From NCBI RefSeq assembly GCF_009914755.1, contig NC_060928.1: a DNA stretch of 64,000 bases. The stretch is one strand, 5' to 3'. This DNA comes from the human T2T-CHM13v2.0 reference genome, Homo sapiens. The notes under the pieces were generated by a model that saw nothing but the letters and a program-made list of their open reading frames with translations, was not told where the DNA came from and searched no databases. Made by a program: the position numbers and the translations under genes. This document shows positions 21,421 through 34,605 of this stretch, piece after piece. Position 1 is the stretch's first letter. Each line of letters begins with the position of its first letter.

Positions 21421-21624
21421 TATTCAACAGTAATGGCCATAATCCTGATCACTTCACCATTTCACCTCCCCTTCTAAAGCAATGAAGCTACTCTTTATTG
21501 GTTGTCTTTTCTTCCTCTTCCAGCTTATCCATTCATTCATTCATTTGTGGTCTTTAAGTAACCAATACATTAGATATAAACCATAGCCTGACATGTAGTA
21601 GAGCCTTAATTATGGACAGATGGA

Positions 21625-21738
21625 AGGAAAAAAGAGAAAAGAAAGAAAAAGAAGAAAAAAAAAGAAGCGAGGGAGGGAGGGAGGAGGCAAGGGGAGGGGA
21701 GGGGAGGGAGGGAGGGAAGAAAGGGAAGGAAGAAGAGA
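21625..21738 (+). repeat. Polypurine low-complexity tract (GAAA/GGGA)
   Basis: About 110 nt almost exclusively G/A. Confidence 0.9.
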
Positions 21739-22460
21739 TATAAGAGCTGTGTACATGAATCTCTGTTCTGAAGGATAGGGAAAAGTTTAGATAGTCAAAT
21801 GTCAAAAAGAAACATCTAGTCAACCAATTGCAAAAAAAATGTCTAATTTGCACTTTCTTCACTGTAGTTTTCTCTCCCTAGTGAGAAAAAATATATATGT
21901 TTTGGGGAAAAAGCAAATTAATTTTTATGAATAACTGTTTTTATAGTAGTAGAGTATACAGTGAGTCCCGCAAAACCAATTTAAGGGGAACCAGCATGTT
22001 AAGAAAATTACTTATGACAGTAAGAAAGAATTTTTGTATTGAAGTCAAATTCTTGTAGAAGAGCTAGGTGTCTATGAATATGGCAATTGATGTCTGTTAC
22101 GAAGATACAGCGCTGTCATTAGGGCCTTGGGGGGCTTGATTTCTGTACTTAATGACTCTTCTCTGCTCCCTGAGGCTTTCCCCCTGTGCATTTGTTTCCA
22201 GATCCCATTTTAGTAACAGTTCATTATCTGTGTATGGGGAAAGTTAACTAACTCTGAAAGAGCTTGCTTGAATGTGCTTCCCTGGTATTGAAAACTTGCA
22301 TCCTTTATTTCATTGTTTTGAAAAATATGCATCTTTGCACACAAACAAGAGCATAAAGCAGCCAAATTTTATACTTTTGGCTCTGTTACTCTGAGCCCAA
22401 TCATCTATGCAGAGTTCCCAAAATCTCCTGACATTATTCTGTTGATTTAACTAAAATCAT

Positions 22461-22832
22461 TTTATTCATCCATTCTCTCATTACTCTAAAGAAAGACCTG
22501 AGGTTTAATTGGCTCACAGTTCTGAAGGCTGTACATGAAACATAGTGACTTCTTCTGGGGAGGCCTCAGGAAATTTACAATCATAGTGGAAGATGAAGGG
22601 GGAGCTAGTACTTTTATATGGTCCAAGCAGGAGGAAGAGGTAGGGGGAGGTGCCACACACTTTTAAATGACCAGATTTCATGACAACTCTATCATGAGAA
22701 CAGCACTAGGAAGATGGTACTAAACCATTAGAAACTGCCCCCATGATCCAATTACCTCCCACTATGCCTCACCTCCAGGGGATTACATGTGGACATGAGA
22801 TTTGGGTGGGGACGTAGATCCAAACCATATCA
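22461..22832 (-). mobile_element. MSTA-like solo LTR
   Basis: ggctcacagttctgaaggctgtacatgaa...gatccaaaccatatca; perfect TSD atcat. Confidence 0.88.
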
Positions 22833-23409
22833 ATCATAAATTATATTCCTTTTGTTTTGACAACACTTACTTACATCAGGAAAAAATTGTTCAGTAGGCA
22901 CAGCTGTATTCACTGTTTGGCTAGATGATTTGGAGCAGATTAAAATAATCTTAGGATATTTCACTGTCTAAGTTCTGGAGAAGAAAAATAAGACAGAATT
23001 ATTGTGACATGAGTTTATAAGATCTAGTGTTTTCAGGCCATACTCCCTTCAGGAGACTGATCTTGTAAGTTTTCAATATATACCTGGTGATTTATTGATT
23101 TCCTGAGGAAAATACAATGCAAATTATCTATCCAGTGCATTTCTCTGAGGCTTCCAAAGATCTAGGTTGATTTGATTCACACTCTAGGAGAAATGAATTG
23201 GAGAGAGCAAGCACTCTACTGGAATAAACAACACTTCCCTCCAGCCTTACTGAAAACCCTACCACCTACTTGACTGCCCATTCTTTCCAGATTAGATATG
23301 GTCAAATAAGTGTATAAGTTTGAGTCAAATATTATTAGCTATGAGCTCTTGCATGTAATTTTAAAACCAAAATTTAACTTTTTAATAATAATTATCCCTA
23401 ACATACTCA

Positions 23410-23820
23410 TGTTGTGGACATTCTACAGAAATATAGGAGGGCCCCCGCCTACCCAACACCTGTTCCATATGTCAAGACTGATGATGCCACACACACCAAG
23501 AGTACAAAAAGGTTAAATGCTTACACAATGTGGCTTTCTGCAAAGAGCAGAACAAACGTCCCAAGCTGGTCTGAAAATGGTTAGAGAGCAAGGAAAGGAA
23601 ACTGGCTTGAGGCTTTTATTGTGGCTAAGGGTAGGGCCAGATAGTAGTTTCAGAGGCTCAAGTATATTGAATCTCCCATTAGCTCTAAATGACAGACCAC
23701 CCAGGCTTTCTTATCAGCTTGCTCAGATGGGGGCAAAAGGGGAAATAAAAGAGAGGGATGAAGCTTACTTAAAAGCTGTCATCAGTCAAATATTAAAAAT
23801 GGATTTCAACTTTCAATTGC
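23410..23820 (-). mobile_element. ERVL-type LTR, MER76-like
   Basis: Reverse complement ccatttttaatatttgactgatgacagcttttaag...catctgagcaagctgataagaaagcctgggtg resembles the MER76 5' end from memory. Confidence 0.5.
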
Positions 23821-23827
23821 GCTGTGG

Positions 23828-24030
23828 CAAGTCCTATGCCAAGGACTTCACATGTGTTATCTCATTGTAGTCTCTCCTCAACCCTCTGAAGCTGCTAATT
23901 AGCCACATTTCACAGTTGAGAAAGTTGATGCCCAGAGAGGGACAGAGACTTCGCAAAGTCAAACAGCTAGTTAGTCCAGAGCTAGGACTTTGACCTATGT
24001 CTGTCTAATGACAAAGCATGTGCTTTGATG
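23828..24030 (-). mobile_element. MIR
   Basis: cacatttcacagttgagaaagttgatgcccagagagg...aaagtcaaacagctagttagt core. Confidence 0.7.
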
Positions 24031-24259
24031 TGATTTTAACCAGACAGCCAGGACAGTCTAATCCAGCCTGACAACCAGTGGGCTGATAAAATTCACAGTG
24101 AGGCACCTTCTGCTTAGATAATTTATGTCTTTATTAGTATATATGGCTGTAGCAATCATGGTTTCCAGTTACAAGCATGGCAGAGTAGGGTCCAGAGCTT
24201 GGACAGAGTGGTCACATGGCAAAGCAGATAGATGTCAGACACTGGAACAAGAGAGATCT

Positions 24260-24430
24260 TGGAATGAACCCTACTTTCCTGATTTGAGGGAGTTCAGGAA
24301 AGTTATTTACCCTCTTTGTCTTAATGTCCTAAAAATCACTACTTTGAAAGGTCTTCATAAGCATTTCAGGAAAATGGATGTCAAGTACCTAGTACATAAT
24401 AGGTGCTCACTGATGTAATTATCATTATTT
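24260..24430 (+). mobile_element. MIR fragment
   Basis: aagttatttaccctctttgtctt...tacctagtacataataggtgctca. Confidence 0.5.
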
Positions 24431-25056
24431 TTATTTCTATGTCCCTAAAATGGGTTAATTTTAATGTAGCTTGCTAATTAACATATAAAGCAATTTCAGA
24501 ACCTAGAAGCTTCTGTTGTCCTTTTCCTCCAGCCTTTGTTGAACATGAGACTTGACAGCAAACAGATGCTTGTGTATCTACATATCCAATTTAGCATTTC
24601 CTATTTCCAGATTAACATTTTCTGGCCAAATGCCAGAAAATTGGCATGAAGTAGGCACAAAATGCCACAGATAAGCCCTTTAAGAGCTTAATGTGAGTGT
24701 GATTTATGTTCCTGATGGGAAGGGAACCCTGAAAATGGTCTTTTCTAATCTAATCTAATCCTAATCTGTCCTAATCCAGTTACGGAAGAAAATCAGGAAT
24801 GATCTTTCCCTTCAAGTGATTTCCTCTCCTTCCCATTTGATAACAACTCTGTGGGGCACGTTTTGTGAACTGCTTCGATCTAATTTAAAAAGATAACGTT
24901 GCATTTTATAATTTTATGTAAGATGCAGTCAGATAGGAACTAGCTGCTAAAGATCTGCAGCTGAATTTAATCATGTCCCTTCTGTTTCGGTTTAATCTCC
25001 ATTTTGTTTCCAAGAGTCAAAGAGTCAAAAATCTAAATAAAAGTCATGACAAACCT

Positions 25057-25084
25057 AAAAAAAAAAAAAAAAAAAAAAAAAAAA
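25057..25084 (+). repeat. Poly-A (28 nt)
   Basis: Directly visible; no Alu or L1 body upstream. Confidence 0.95.
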
Positions 25085-25349
25085 GAAGTCCCAGGAAGAA
25101 CTTAATATCGATGTCCAGAAATGAAGCTGGCTTCTTTTCAGAGTGGCACATACTCCAAAGCGTGCTTCCACTTTGACAGCTTCATTTCCATTTCCTTATA
25201 GCCTGTTTACATATTTACAACATGCACCAATTCAGTTGGGTTTCCTGAGATAAAACTGAAAGATAGGGAGGACAAATTACTCAGAGAGCCCCTCTGGCGG
25301 GATGACAGATCTCAGACAGCCTCGGTGTGAAGCCAAATTCATTACGCAC

Positions 25350-25510
25350 TAGTCATGGGAACATGGGTGAGTTATCACTCTTCTCTCAACCTCTGTATTC
25401 AGATCTGTAAAATGGGAATGGTATTCTCTCATGCCTATGGACACTGTGAAGATTAAGAGGGATACAGAGAAAATGGTGCCTAGCCAGTTGCCTGGCACAT
25501 AATAGATGTT
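25350..25510 (+). mobile_element. MIR fragment
   Basis: atctgtaaaatgggaatg...gtgaagattaag...cctggcacataatagatg. Confidence 0.65.
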
Positions 25511-26085
25511 CTCTTTCAATTGCAAGTGACAGAAATCTGATTCAAATCGTGTTAATAAAAGGTCGAGTTGATTATGTTTGGCTCTCATAATCAGGCATCA
25601 GTTTAAGGATGGGTTCTCTGGATGGCTTCAAGCCAGGCTTGGCTGATAAAAATCAGTGCTCAAGGGAGGTGGCCAGGGCTATGCTTTGTCTCCATCCCCG
25701 AGCTCCACTTACTTTACTTGGCTCCATTCCCAGATGAATTATGTTCATATGGCCAATAAGATGGCTACACAGAGCCTTGGACTCACAGCCTCCCAAATTA
25801 CTAATGCTAGAGAGAGGAGGACTTCTCTTTTCTAACTTCCACATATGAATCCCAGTGAAGATTCTGATTGGCCCTGCTTGGTTCATGTAATCCATCTCTA
25901 AACCAATCACTGTGGCCAGGGTAATATGGCACTCTGACTGGCCAGCATAAAGCAGATTAGCATCACTGAGCAGAAGGCAGGATACCCAGGCCATGTAATA
26001 GGAAAGAGTGATTTCCAAAAAGAAGGGGCACTGTTACCTGAAAGGGGGATGTATGCACACAAGGCAAAACTACAGGACACACTCT
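25510..26085 (-). mobile_element. Old MaLR LTR (MLT1K/L-like)
   Basis: ttgcaagtgacagaaa start; tctgattggccctgcttggttcatgt..ccaatcactgtggccagg. Confidence 0.65.
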
Positions 26086-28679
26086 ATAAAGTCAGCCCTT
26101 TCTTCAATAGGTCAATGAGGCCACTAATTAATTTAGTTGTGTCTCCACAATTCCTGCTCCCTAGACACTTGAAACGCCAACTGCATAATGACTTATAGCA
26201 AAATGCATGCAACATGAGCCACATTCTCACAGACTAAACACTACACCTAATACAAGATTTGCTGATGGATGGTCTTGCAATTTTCTAAGCAGCGAAAAAA
26301 TTTCTTCAGTGAATTGGATAAATAGAAGAGCAGGTTGCATTTAGACAGGGGAATAATAGAGAGTGTTGAGTTTTTTTTCTCTCAATATTTGAAAAGTAGT
26401 GACAGGTAATAGTCTTGGCCCAAAATCTTATGGAAATTCACATAACAGTCCTCTTCCTCTCATAAGCTACTTCCTTCCTGACAGGCTTAAGTGGATGAGT
26501 GATTGCAGTCCTGCTGTCTTCTTGAGGGTCTTAGTGAAAACTGTCTTGAAACCAGTACCATGATCTTAGAATGTCGTCTGCTTAGATCAACTGTGAAGAC
26601 TTCAATTCAGTCTCTGATGCAAACATTTGCAAAAAATGTAGGGCTCCTTAATCTACTATTCAGGCCATGGGTCAAAGCATAATTGTAGCTGGGTGAACAT
26701 GGGGTTATCCAATGTATTATGACTAACTTTCAAGAAGTTATGTAACCTACCAGAAAAGCAATATGACTCTCAGAGCTACAGGATGAGTGACTGGGTCTTC
26801 TCTGGCAGACAATGGCTTATGATGCTAATGGGAAAAAGCACCCATCCCAATAGCAAATGGTGTTCCAAAAAATTTGGTTAGCCCTCAACTTTGTACAGCA
26901 GGTCTGTGATGAAAATGAAGATTGCTCCACACCCTCTTTGAGCTGCTGGAGCGCCATCACCCAGGAGCCCACACATATGCTCTGTGTTAGAGGCCGCACC
27001 AAGTCCATATGAGAGATCACACCTCCCATTACCTGGGATGCATGTGCAGTTGGAGCCCTGAGACCAAGCCCCCAAAATGAGAGGTTAGAACAGGGAGCAG
27101 GGAAGGAGTGTGTGTGTGAGGTGTTGTCTGTAGTTTTGTCATCAATGACAAGCCACAGATTAATTTTCTCATGATGCTTTTGTGCCCTGGCAGCATTAAT
27201 GTCACTAAAATGGAAAATCAAGGATCAGGAAACCAGCCCAGGCTGTCATCTATGATTGATGGCTTAGAAGGGATTTTGCGTTATTCAGGTTACTGTTGTA
27301 ATTGAATAAAAGTAAGAGGTGGAGATGGCATCATTCAGGGCCCTGAATTCCCTTCGGCAAGTGAGCGCCAAACAACAGATTGAGTTAGACATGTTTAAAA
27401 ATCTCAAGATAATTTAAAAACATAAAATAATATAATAGTGATGATTCAGTGTCTAAAACAAGGCCTTATATCTAGTAGGCACTTGATGAGTATTTGTTGT
27501 ATAAACGAGGGAGTATTGATCTCTTTTCTATCATATAGTGTCCCCCAAATCACAAAAGATTTTCAAGCGTAAACTAATTGGTCTTTAACAACATCCTGAG
27601 GGATGTTGAAAAGAGCCTATGTAATCCTTTTGTCTTAATCACTGAGGACTCTGGGATATGAAGAAGTTAAGTGATTTAGAAAGATAATATTCAATAAATC
27701 GTGGGCAACGTCAAGAGAAAAACATATCTCAAACTTCCTGCTTCCCCTCCAGGGAGCATTCCAACTCTCTCACTGTTTCCATTGACTTGCTGCTTGAAAA
27801 CACTCTATGGTATAACAATGCCAGTAAGAACCTTTACTTTTCAAGCAGTGGTCCAGAGCAGACCTCTCTCTTGGTCCATTTATTAGGGATAATAGTGCCA
27901 AGATACGTTTCCTTTCTCCTTTCTCATGAAGTTAAATCTCCCCCCATGCCTTCTTTACAGACACTCACACTCTTAATAAAAGATTCTGCTAAATTGGCAA
28001 CTTATAATGGATTCTTGGTTCTGTCAGCTTCTGGTCCTTTGGGCAAATGCCAGAGCTCATCAGCCCAGCCCAGACCTCTCCCTCCACACCAAAACCTGGA
28101 GATCGGGGACAAATCAAAACAATCCAAGGAAACAAGCCATGGGCTCCAAGAAGAATGGCAATAGCTATGAACTCAGAATTCACCTGTCCAACCTCACCTT
28201 CTGCAGATGAGCAAAAAGTGTCTGCCAAAAGGAGATGTGATCCAAGCCTGCACCATGGCTGCAATCACCCCCTGAAGTTCAGGCTCCCCAAGGACCCTGA
28301 GCATCTCCAGATTCGCAGAGAGAATGCTTCTAGGGAGGAGCTGGTCATTAAGTCATGGAATCAGGTTTCCTGTGCTACATGCTTTGTGACATTAAACAAG
28401 TCACTTCCTCTCATTTGTATTTGAGATGGACTCAACATCCAAGTTAAGTAAAGAATGACAATTTATGATTTAAAATGGAAGCAATGTGTTTAGCTCTTGA
28501 AAGGAAAAGGGATTTGGGAGGTAAAGGGGTCTTTTTGTGGTCACAGCAGCACTAATTTCGTTGCATTTTGAGTCATTTTGTAAATTGGCTAAGGCAATGG
28601 TTAAGCAGTTGGTCTCATGCCAAATAATTATTCCACCTTGGAAACTTATGAGATGCTAGACAAAATAGACACTTTCAAA

Positions 28680-28860
28680 ATCTCTTGGCTCAAATACATA
28701 TTAGCTGCACAAACTTAGGCAATGAACCTCAAAGTCTGAATCTCTTCATCTGAAATATGATCTTTTAGATCTTCTATGCCTGAGGATTAAATGAAATAAG
28801 GTATGTATGGAGCCAAATGCAGTGCTTGGTACATGTAAAGTTCACAAGAGAAGCTACTCT
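28680..28860 (+). mobile_element. MIR fragment
   Basis: ctcttcatctgaaata...tgaggattaaatgaaataagg. Confidence 0.55.
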
Positions 28861-29439
28861 CATTTCAGTTCCCTGTGCAACTGAATTCTTTCTCCTCTGA
28901 CTGGTATAAGGAAAGATGTGTTCCTGATAACACTTCTCAATGTGCTATGTGATGTTAACAAAATCAGCCACCTCTCTGAACCTCATTTTCCTTCTCCATA
29001 ATGAGGTGGTAGATCTGGGCAATCTCTGGGATTTCTCTAGGTTGTGCTATGTTTTGATTCTCCCCAGAAAAGTAATATCTCCCATGGTGAGATCCTAAGC
29101 AGTTTCTATTTTTTCTTATTTTTATTCTTGTCTCTCCACATGTGAGGTATAGCAGTAGTTTTCCACTGCCTGTGGCCATGATGCTGCCTCTTTTGTTGAA
29201 AAGGCATAAGAAGGGACCATACTGTCATCTCCTCTTCACCATACGACCATGTAGGAATTCAGCTGAAATTGTGGGAGAGAGGCCTGGGCTCCAGCTTTCA
29301 TTTCAGTCAATCTTTAGTCCTAGGGTACACTGGAGGATAAGAAAGAAATTATATTACTAGCAAACAAAATGCAGCAGGCCACACACCCACCATTTCATTT
29401 ACTATGACAATCATGAGAAGCCTTTATTATCTGCAGACT

Positions 29440-29650
29440 GTCTGGGACCATAGATCAGATCTGCAACTTTCTAGCTGTGCAACCTCGAGCAGTTTGCTTA
29501 ACCTCTCTGTGCCTCAGTGTACTAGTCTGTAAAACAGGCATCATAAGAGAACTTGCCTCATAGGGTTGTTATAAATATTATAAACTTTAATCAACGTAAA
29601 GTGCTTCCAGTAGCTCCTGGCACATAATAAATGTTCTCATTGTGTTCACT
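29440..29650 (+). mobile_element. MIR
   Basis: ctagctgtgcaacctcgagcagtttgcttaacctctctgtgcctcagt...ctcatagggttgtt. Confidence 0.75.
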
Positions 29651-29914
29651 ATTCTTTTTGATGTTTTTTAATTGTTCTGTGCCAGAGGCTTTGCTGTGGA
29701 TTAGGCATCAACTATAAAGGTCACAGCCCCTGATCCCAAAGAACTTGCAGCTTCACATGACAGACTTGCATGTGGCTCACTTCAGTCCGTGATCAGTCTG
29801 CCTGTCAGTTCTAGAGTTCTCAACATGGTCAGGCTCTCTGCTTGGTGCCCAGGACACAAAGACAGAAACATCATGGTCCTTACTATACGGAGTCAGGGGA
29901 GTCCAGGAGAGAGC

Positions 29915-30125
29915 CATCTGGAGTTAGGCTGTCTTGATTGAATCTAAAGTGCCAGTCGCTAATAGTGTACCTTGAGTAAATTACTTACTCTCTGTGCCCT
30001 TCCATGTTCTCATCTGCAAATGCCACTAACCTTAGACCAATGGCACTAACCTTACTGGGTTGTTGTGAGCCTTGGATGAGATACCAGGCATGAAGACCTG
30101 GCACAGGACACAAGTAGACAGGCTG
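29915..30125 (+). mobile_element. MIR
   Basis: ccttgagtaaattacttactctctgtgcc...ctcatctgcaaatg. Confidence 0.6.
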
Positions 30126-31597
30126 GCAGCTCCTGCCATGACAGAATACACCCAAGGTGCCATTGAAGCACATAAAGAGAGGCAACCAACTCAGATAGGA
30201 GTGAGAAGAGGCATCAAGGATGTTTCTGGAGGAGTGGATCCATGGAGTGACTGTTAAAGAACAAGCAATGCTGACTAGTTACACCCTGGAGACTATTCTG
30301 GTGGAAGAAAACATGAGACTCAGAAAATGTAGTGCAGATGCAGTTCTCTGCAGAGTTTTCTCACCACAGGCATACCTGCGAGATAAAACAGCTCTCCTGC
30401 CTAGTTCAGGTCAAAGGAAGTTGAATCTTAAAGTTTCAAATCTGGATGTGGAGTTAATTGCCCACAAGAGATCAATGTAGCTCCAAAGTCAGAGCCAAAT
30501 CCCTTAGATTTGTTTGTGACACAAAAACACAGAGGTGAGGATGGAAGGTTTGTCCCTAGGGTGTCATCATCCCTTGCCACCTGCATTTGATGTGAAATTT
30601 GACATGAAATAGAGACCTATCTTGGCAGAGCTAGTCTCGAGTGGTCCAAAGTAGAGCTAGACCATACCCTCCACTCTGCTTCTCAGAAGAACAAAATTAG
30701 CACAGCTAGGACACACAGTATGAGGAAGGTCAGCACATTCTGCACCTAAGAAATCAGCAGATTTTAAATTTCTGGCAGCCTCTCTCCAAGCCCAGGAGAA
30801 TCATAAGAACAGACTACAACACTGAAATCTATTACATTTTGCAGACATCCACTGTCGGTGTAAAGTCTGCTGTTCAACAAAGCTTAGGATATCTTTGAAA
30901 AGAGAAAGCAAACATTTTCTGCAACAAATTATCCCAGGAAACAAGACAACGCCCAGACTCCTAGCCTCTGCACCTTTAAACTAGAAGTTATGTGTATCTG
31001 GAAATATTTTACATCTCCCCACTTTGGGCAAGGCAATCAAGGATGCCAATGAAGATGCAAGCCTGTGTCCTCCACAGGCTTACAGGATAAATTCAAGAAA
31101 ACATGAAGAGGAAGATGAAAAAAGGACCAAAAGAATGCCCTGCTGCTGGTCTTTTTCTCAGCTTTAATTACGCCCCTGCTTTATATAAAAAGATACTATG
31201 ATTTTGCATCTACACAATAATTTTGTTTAGTTTGTTTGAGCGTGGATCTGTACATCTCCCTGCTTCTTTGGTAAATTCAGCTGCAGGGTGTGAGGTAACC
31301 CAGGAAAATGGAAAGGTAGCAACTGCATCCATTGGCGTTAGCTCTGTACAGATGAAAACCATCAGTCCCTATCACATATAAATTTTAAAGAAAACTTTAG
31401 GATGTATACAGTGTTTACCCAAAGGCTAGTCTCTATCATGGCAAACTTTGCTAACTTCTCATCCACCACCTAATTTGTAAATGTTGGGATGACCCTACAC
31501 TCAGTCCTGGGTGCTCTTTTCTACTTTCTTTACCTTCTTTCTGCAGGTAAAATTATCCATCTCCATGCCTTCAACAGCTACCTGCATTGCATTTCCA

Positions 31598-31920
31598 TAT
31601 TAGCCACTGAGGGTTAGGATACGCTGCAATAACAAACAATCCCCCCAAACCACAGGGGCTTATCGCAACAAAGGCTTATTTTTCACACAAATTGTGCTGG
31701 GTGTCTGAATGGCTCTCTGAGTCAGCTATCCTCTATGGGATGGTTCAACATTTCTCTTCTGTGTCAGAATGAGCTTCCATCATTGCTGTGATAGGAGAAA
31801 ACTAGCTGGTTGAACCTCACATGGGGAATTAATTGATTTGCCTGGAAGCAACATGCATCACTTCCAATCACATGTGACTGTCCAAATCAAATCACAGGGC
31901 TCTACGTCATGCCTACCTTA
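31598..31920 (-). mobile_element. Old MaLR LTR fragment (MLT1J/L-like)
   Basis: gctgcaataacaaacaatcccc..ggcttatcgcaacaaaggcttatttttc. Confidence 0.55.
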
Positions 31921-32007
31921 TCATCCTCACATCAGTCATCTGTTTCTGACTCCTCCCAAAGGGTCCTTTCCCACCCTGGGGATGTCCCAAAGCTGGGTTG
32001 ACTGTTG

Positions 32008-32460
32008 CTGTAATTGACCCCAGTGATTCAAAAGTCCCCATTCTGCCTCCCTCGGTCCCTTGTTACATTGATTTTGAACTTTGCCACATGATTTGCTTTG
32101 GCTGCAGAACAATAGAACATGGGATACAAGCAGATACCTGCTCACTGGGGCTTACTGGCTCTTGCTGCTCTTCGGAACCCTGACTAAACCATGAGAACAA
32201 GCATAGTAGAGGATGAGACAATGCAAAGAGAGATAAGGCATCCCATTTGGGGACCTTTACACTAAGTGTCCTGTCAACCTCTAGGCATAAATGGAGCCAC
32301 CCTACACCCCCCACTGCCAGCAAAATGCCAGCTGACCATGGAGATTGGCCAAGATATCCTTGAGCAGAAAACGATTCAGCTAACCCTAAGAACTGTGAGA
32401 AATAATCTATGTTTGTCATTTATAGGTGTTTTGTTACTCAGCAAAAGCTAACCAATTGCA
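32008..32460 (+). mobile_element. MLT1G/H-like LTR
   Basis: gccacatgatttgctttggc...aactgtgagaaataat...tgttactcagcaaaagctaac. Confidence 0.6.
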
Positions 32461-32814
32461 TACTAACAGTTCTGTTGAGACGTTTTTCTTCTCTTAGCTC
32501 TTTACCCCATTGTCTTCCTTTTTATCCTTCAGGCTTTGGGTGAAATGTCAGTATTTTTAGACTCTACTTGTGAGAGCTTGCTTTTCACAAAATCCTCAGC
32601 AATTATACTTGGCTTATAGCTTCTGAATATGTTGGAGCTCTCACATGGTGTTCATTAAAACCTTCACGTTGGTCTGTGTGACGATATCTATTATACTCAT
32701 CGTACTGTTTACCTCCATTCCTTTTATGTAATAAATTCCCTGTCATTCCTAGATTTTTACATTATGGCTTTACATTTTGCCATGTCAGCAAATCTTCCTA
32801 AGATATTCAATTTG

Positions 32815-33300
32815 ATTTAGTAAAAATTACTGAGTATCTACCACATGACAGGCTAGGCACTGAGTATTTACAGATGAGCAAACCACAGTTCCTGTACTTG
32901 ACAATCTACAGTCATAGAGCAAACAAGTGAGTAAGTGGAATGCAGAAAACAGGATGCTTATAATAGCAGAAGCATGAAGCAGTGACCTAGCAGAGAGACA
33001 GGAGAGACTCGGGTGAGGGAAGGGGAAAGCAAAGCAGGATCCATTGAACAAGGCTTCCCAGAGGAAGGACAGAGCTGCATTTTAAAGGATGACGGATTCA
33101 CAAAGCAGGGAGAGGGCATTCCAGGCTGAGGAAAAAAGCATAAGTAAATCAAAGAAGCAAAGAACACAGGGATTGGATAACAAGGTCAAGGGTAGACCAC
33201 AGGCAGTTGTGTGTTACTGGCAGGGAACATGGAATAGGGAGTGGTAAGGAATGAGACAGGCTGAGGAGGCAGGGGGCCAGGGGATAGCAGACAGTGCAGC
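32815..33300 (-). mobile_element. L2 fragment (probably continuing at ~33640-33960)
   Basis: ttactgagtatctaccacatgacaggctaggcactg; gggcattccaggctgagg. Confidence 0.65.
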
Positions 33301-34059
33301 CATCTTAGGCAACCCAGATGCTTCTCCTATCCTTTTCCATCTCTTTTTATTGGCCTTAAAACGGTGGGTCATCAGTATCTCACCCATCTCCACTCAACCT
33401 CTCCACCTTCTGACATGAAGGTTATCCAGGCTGACTTTAGGATAACAATTTCCTGCTTCCTGAAGCTGTTCTTTCTCTTTCTTCTTAACTGCACCAGCTG
33501 CCCTTCCCTATCCTACCCACCCCCTCACCAGCATATCCCACATAGACACAATGTTTTCTCTTCCATTACTGATTTCATCAATGACTCTCCTTTTCCTCTT
33601 CTCCCCTTATTGCAGGCCATATCACACACTGAATGACTTCCAGAGGAGAGAAGACATTCCAGGCAGAGGCCAACATGTGACCAAAAGCGAAAACCACTGA
33701 CAAGGGCAGGAAGGAGGTTGGAGCCAGAGGTGATCCCAACAGAAATTTATTATCTGGGCTTGAGTCAAAGGTTTATATCCAGGGAGTAGTGGGTGTTTGG
33801 TGAGTCGTGAGTAGGAAAAGGAGGCAGCAGGTAGGCATGGTGGGTCTTGTATAACAGGCTGAGGAGTTTATATTTCTAACCTGAAAGCAAGAGGGAGCCC
33901 CTGCAGACTTTTCACCAGATGATTCTGTGCTATACTGAGCAACCTGGAGACGGGCCATACATCGCACTAACATAAACTGCATTACCCCAGGATACAGAAA
34001 CTGTTGCCAGGACCTTGTTACCAGAACAAGCACAGGATGAAAGGATCCAGAAAGAACAT

Positions 34060-34331
34060 GCCAGTGCTTTGGGAGTTCTAGGTGGGAAGATCACTTGAGG
34101 CCAGGAGTTTGAGACCAGCATGGTCAACAGAGCAAGACTGTCTCTACAAAAATAAAAATAATTATCCAGTTGTGACAGCAGGCACCTGCAGCCGTAGCTA
34201 CTTGAGAGGGTGAGGCAGGAGGATCGCTGAGCCCAAGAGTTCCAGGTTACGGTGAGCACTGATTGCAACACTGCATCCCAGCCTGGGTGACAGAGCGAGA
34301 CCCTGTCTCTTTAAAAAAAATTTTTAAAAAA
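34060..34331 (+). mobile_element. AluJ-like SINE, 5' eroded
   Basis: gatcacttgaggccaggagtttgagaccagc; ggaggatcgctgagcccaagagt; gagcgagaccctgtctc. Confidence 0.9.
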
Positions 34332-34399
34332 GGGAAAGTGTGATTATATAAGAAAGAGTGGTCATGCTCTGATTATGTGTCAACTGTCCTGTGTTCTAT

Positions 34400-34605
34400 G
34401 TAAAATAATGTGATAGGCTCTTTATGTATGTTCTCTCATTTAACCTAATTAATCCCCACAATAGCCATGTGAGTTAGAAATTATTATCCCCACTGTTCAG
34501 TCAAGAACTGAAGCTCTAAGAGATTTAATGCCTTGAGGAAGTTCACATAGCTGGTGAGTGATGAAACTGACAACCAGGTCCATCCCCAGTGTACAACTCT
34601 TGGCT
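34400..34605 (-). mobile_element. MIR
   Basis: ctcatttaa..aatccccacaatagccatgtgag..attattatcccca. Confidence 0.65.

Noticed and set aside
26817-28424. 120-134 aa ORFs in non-repeat sequence as host exons
   Set aside because: No recognisable domain, overlapping frames on both strands, no convincing splice structure; short or non-coding exons cannot be excluded without mapping
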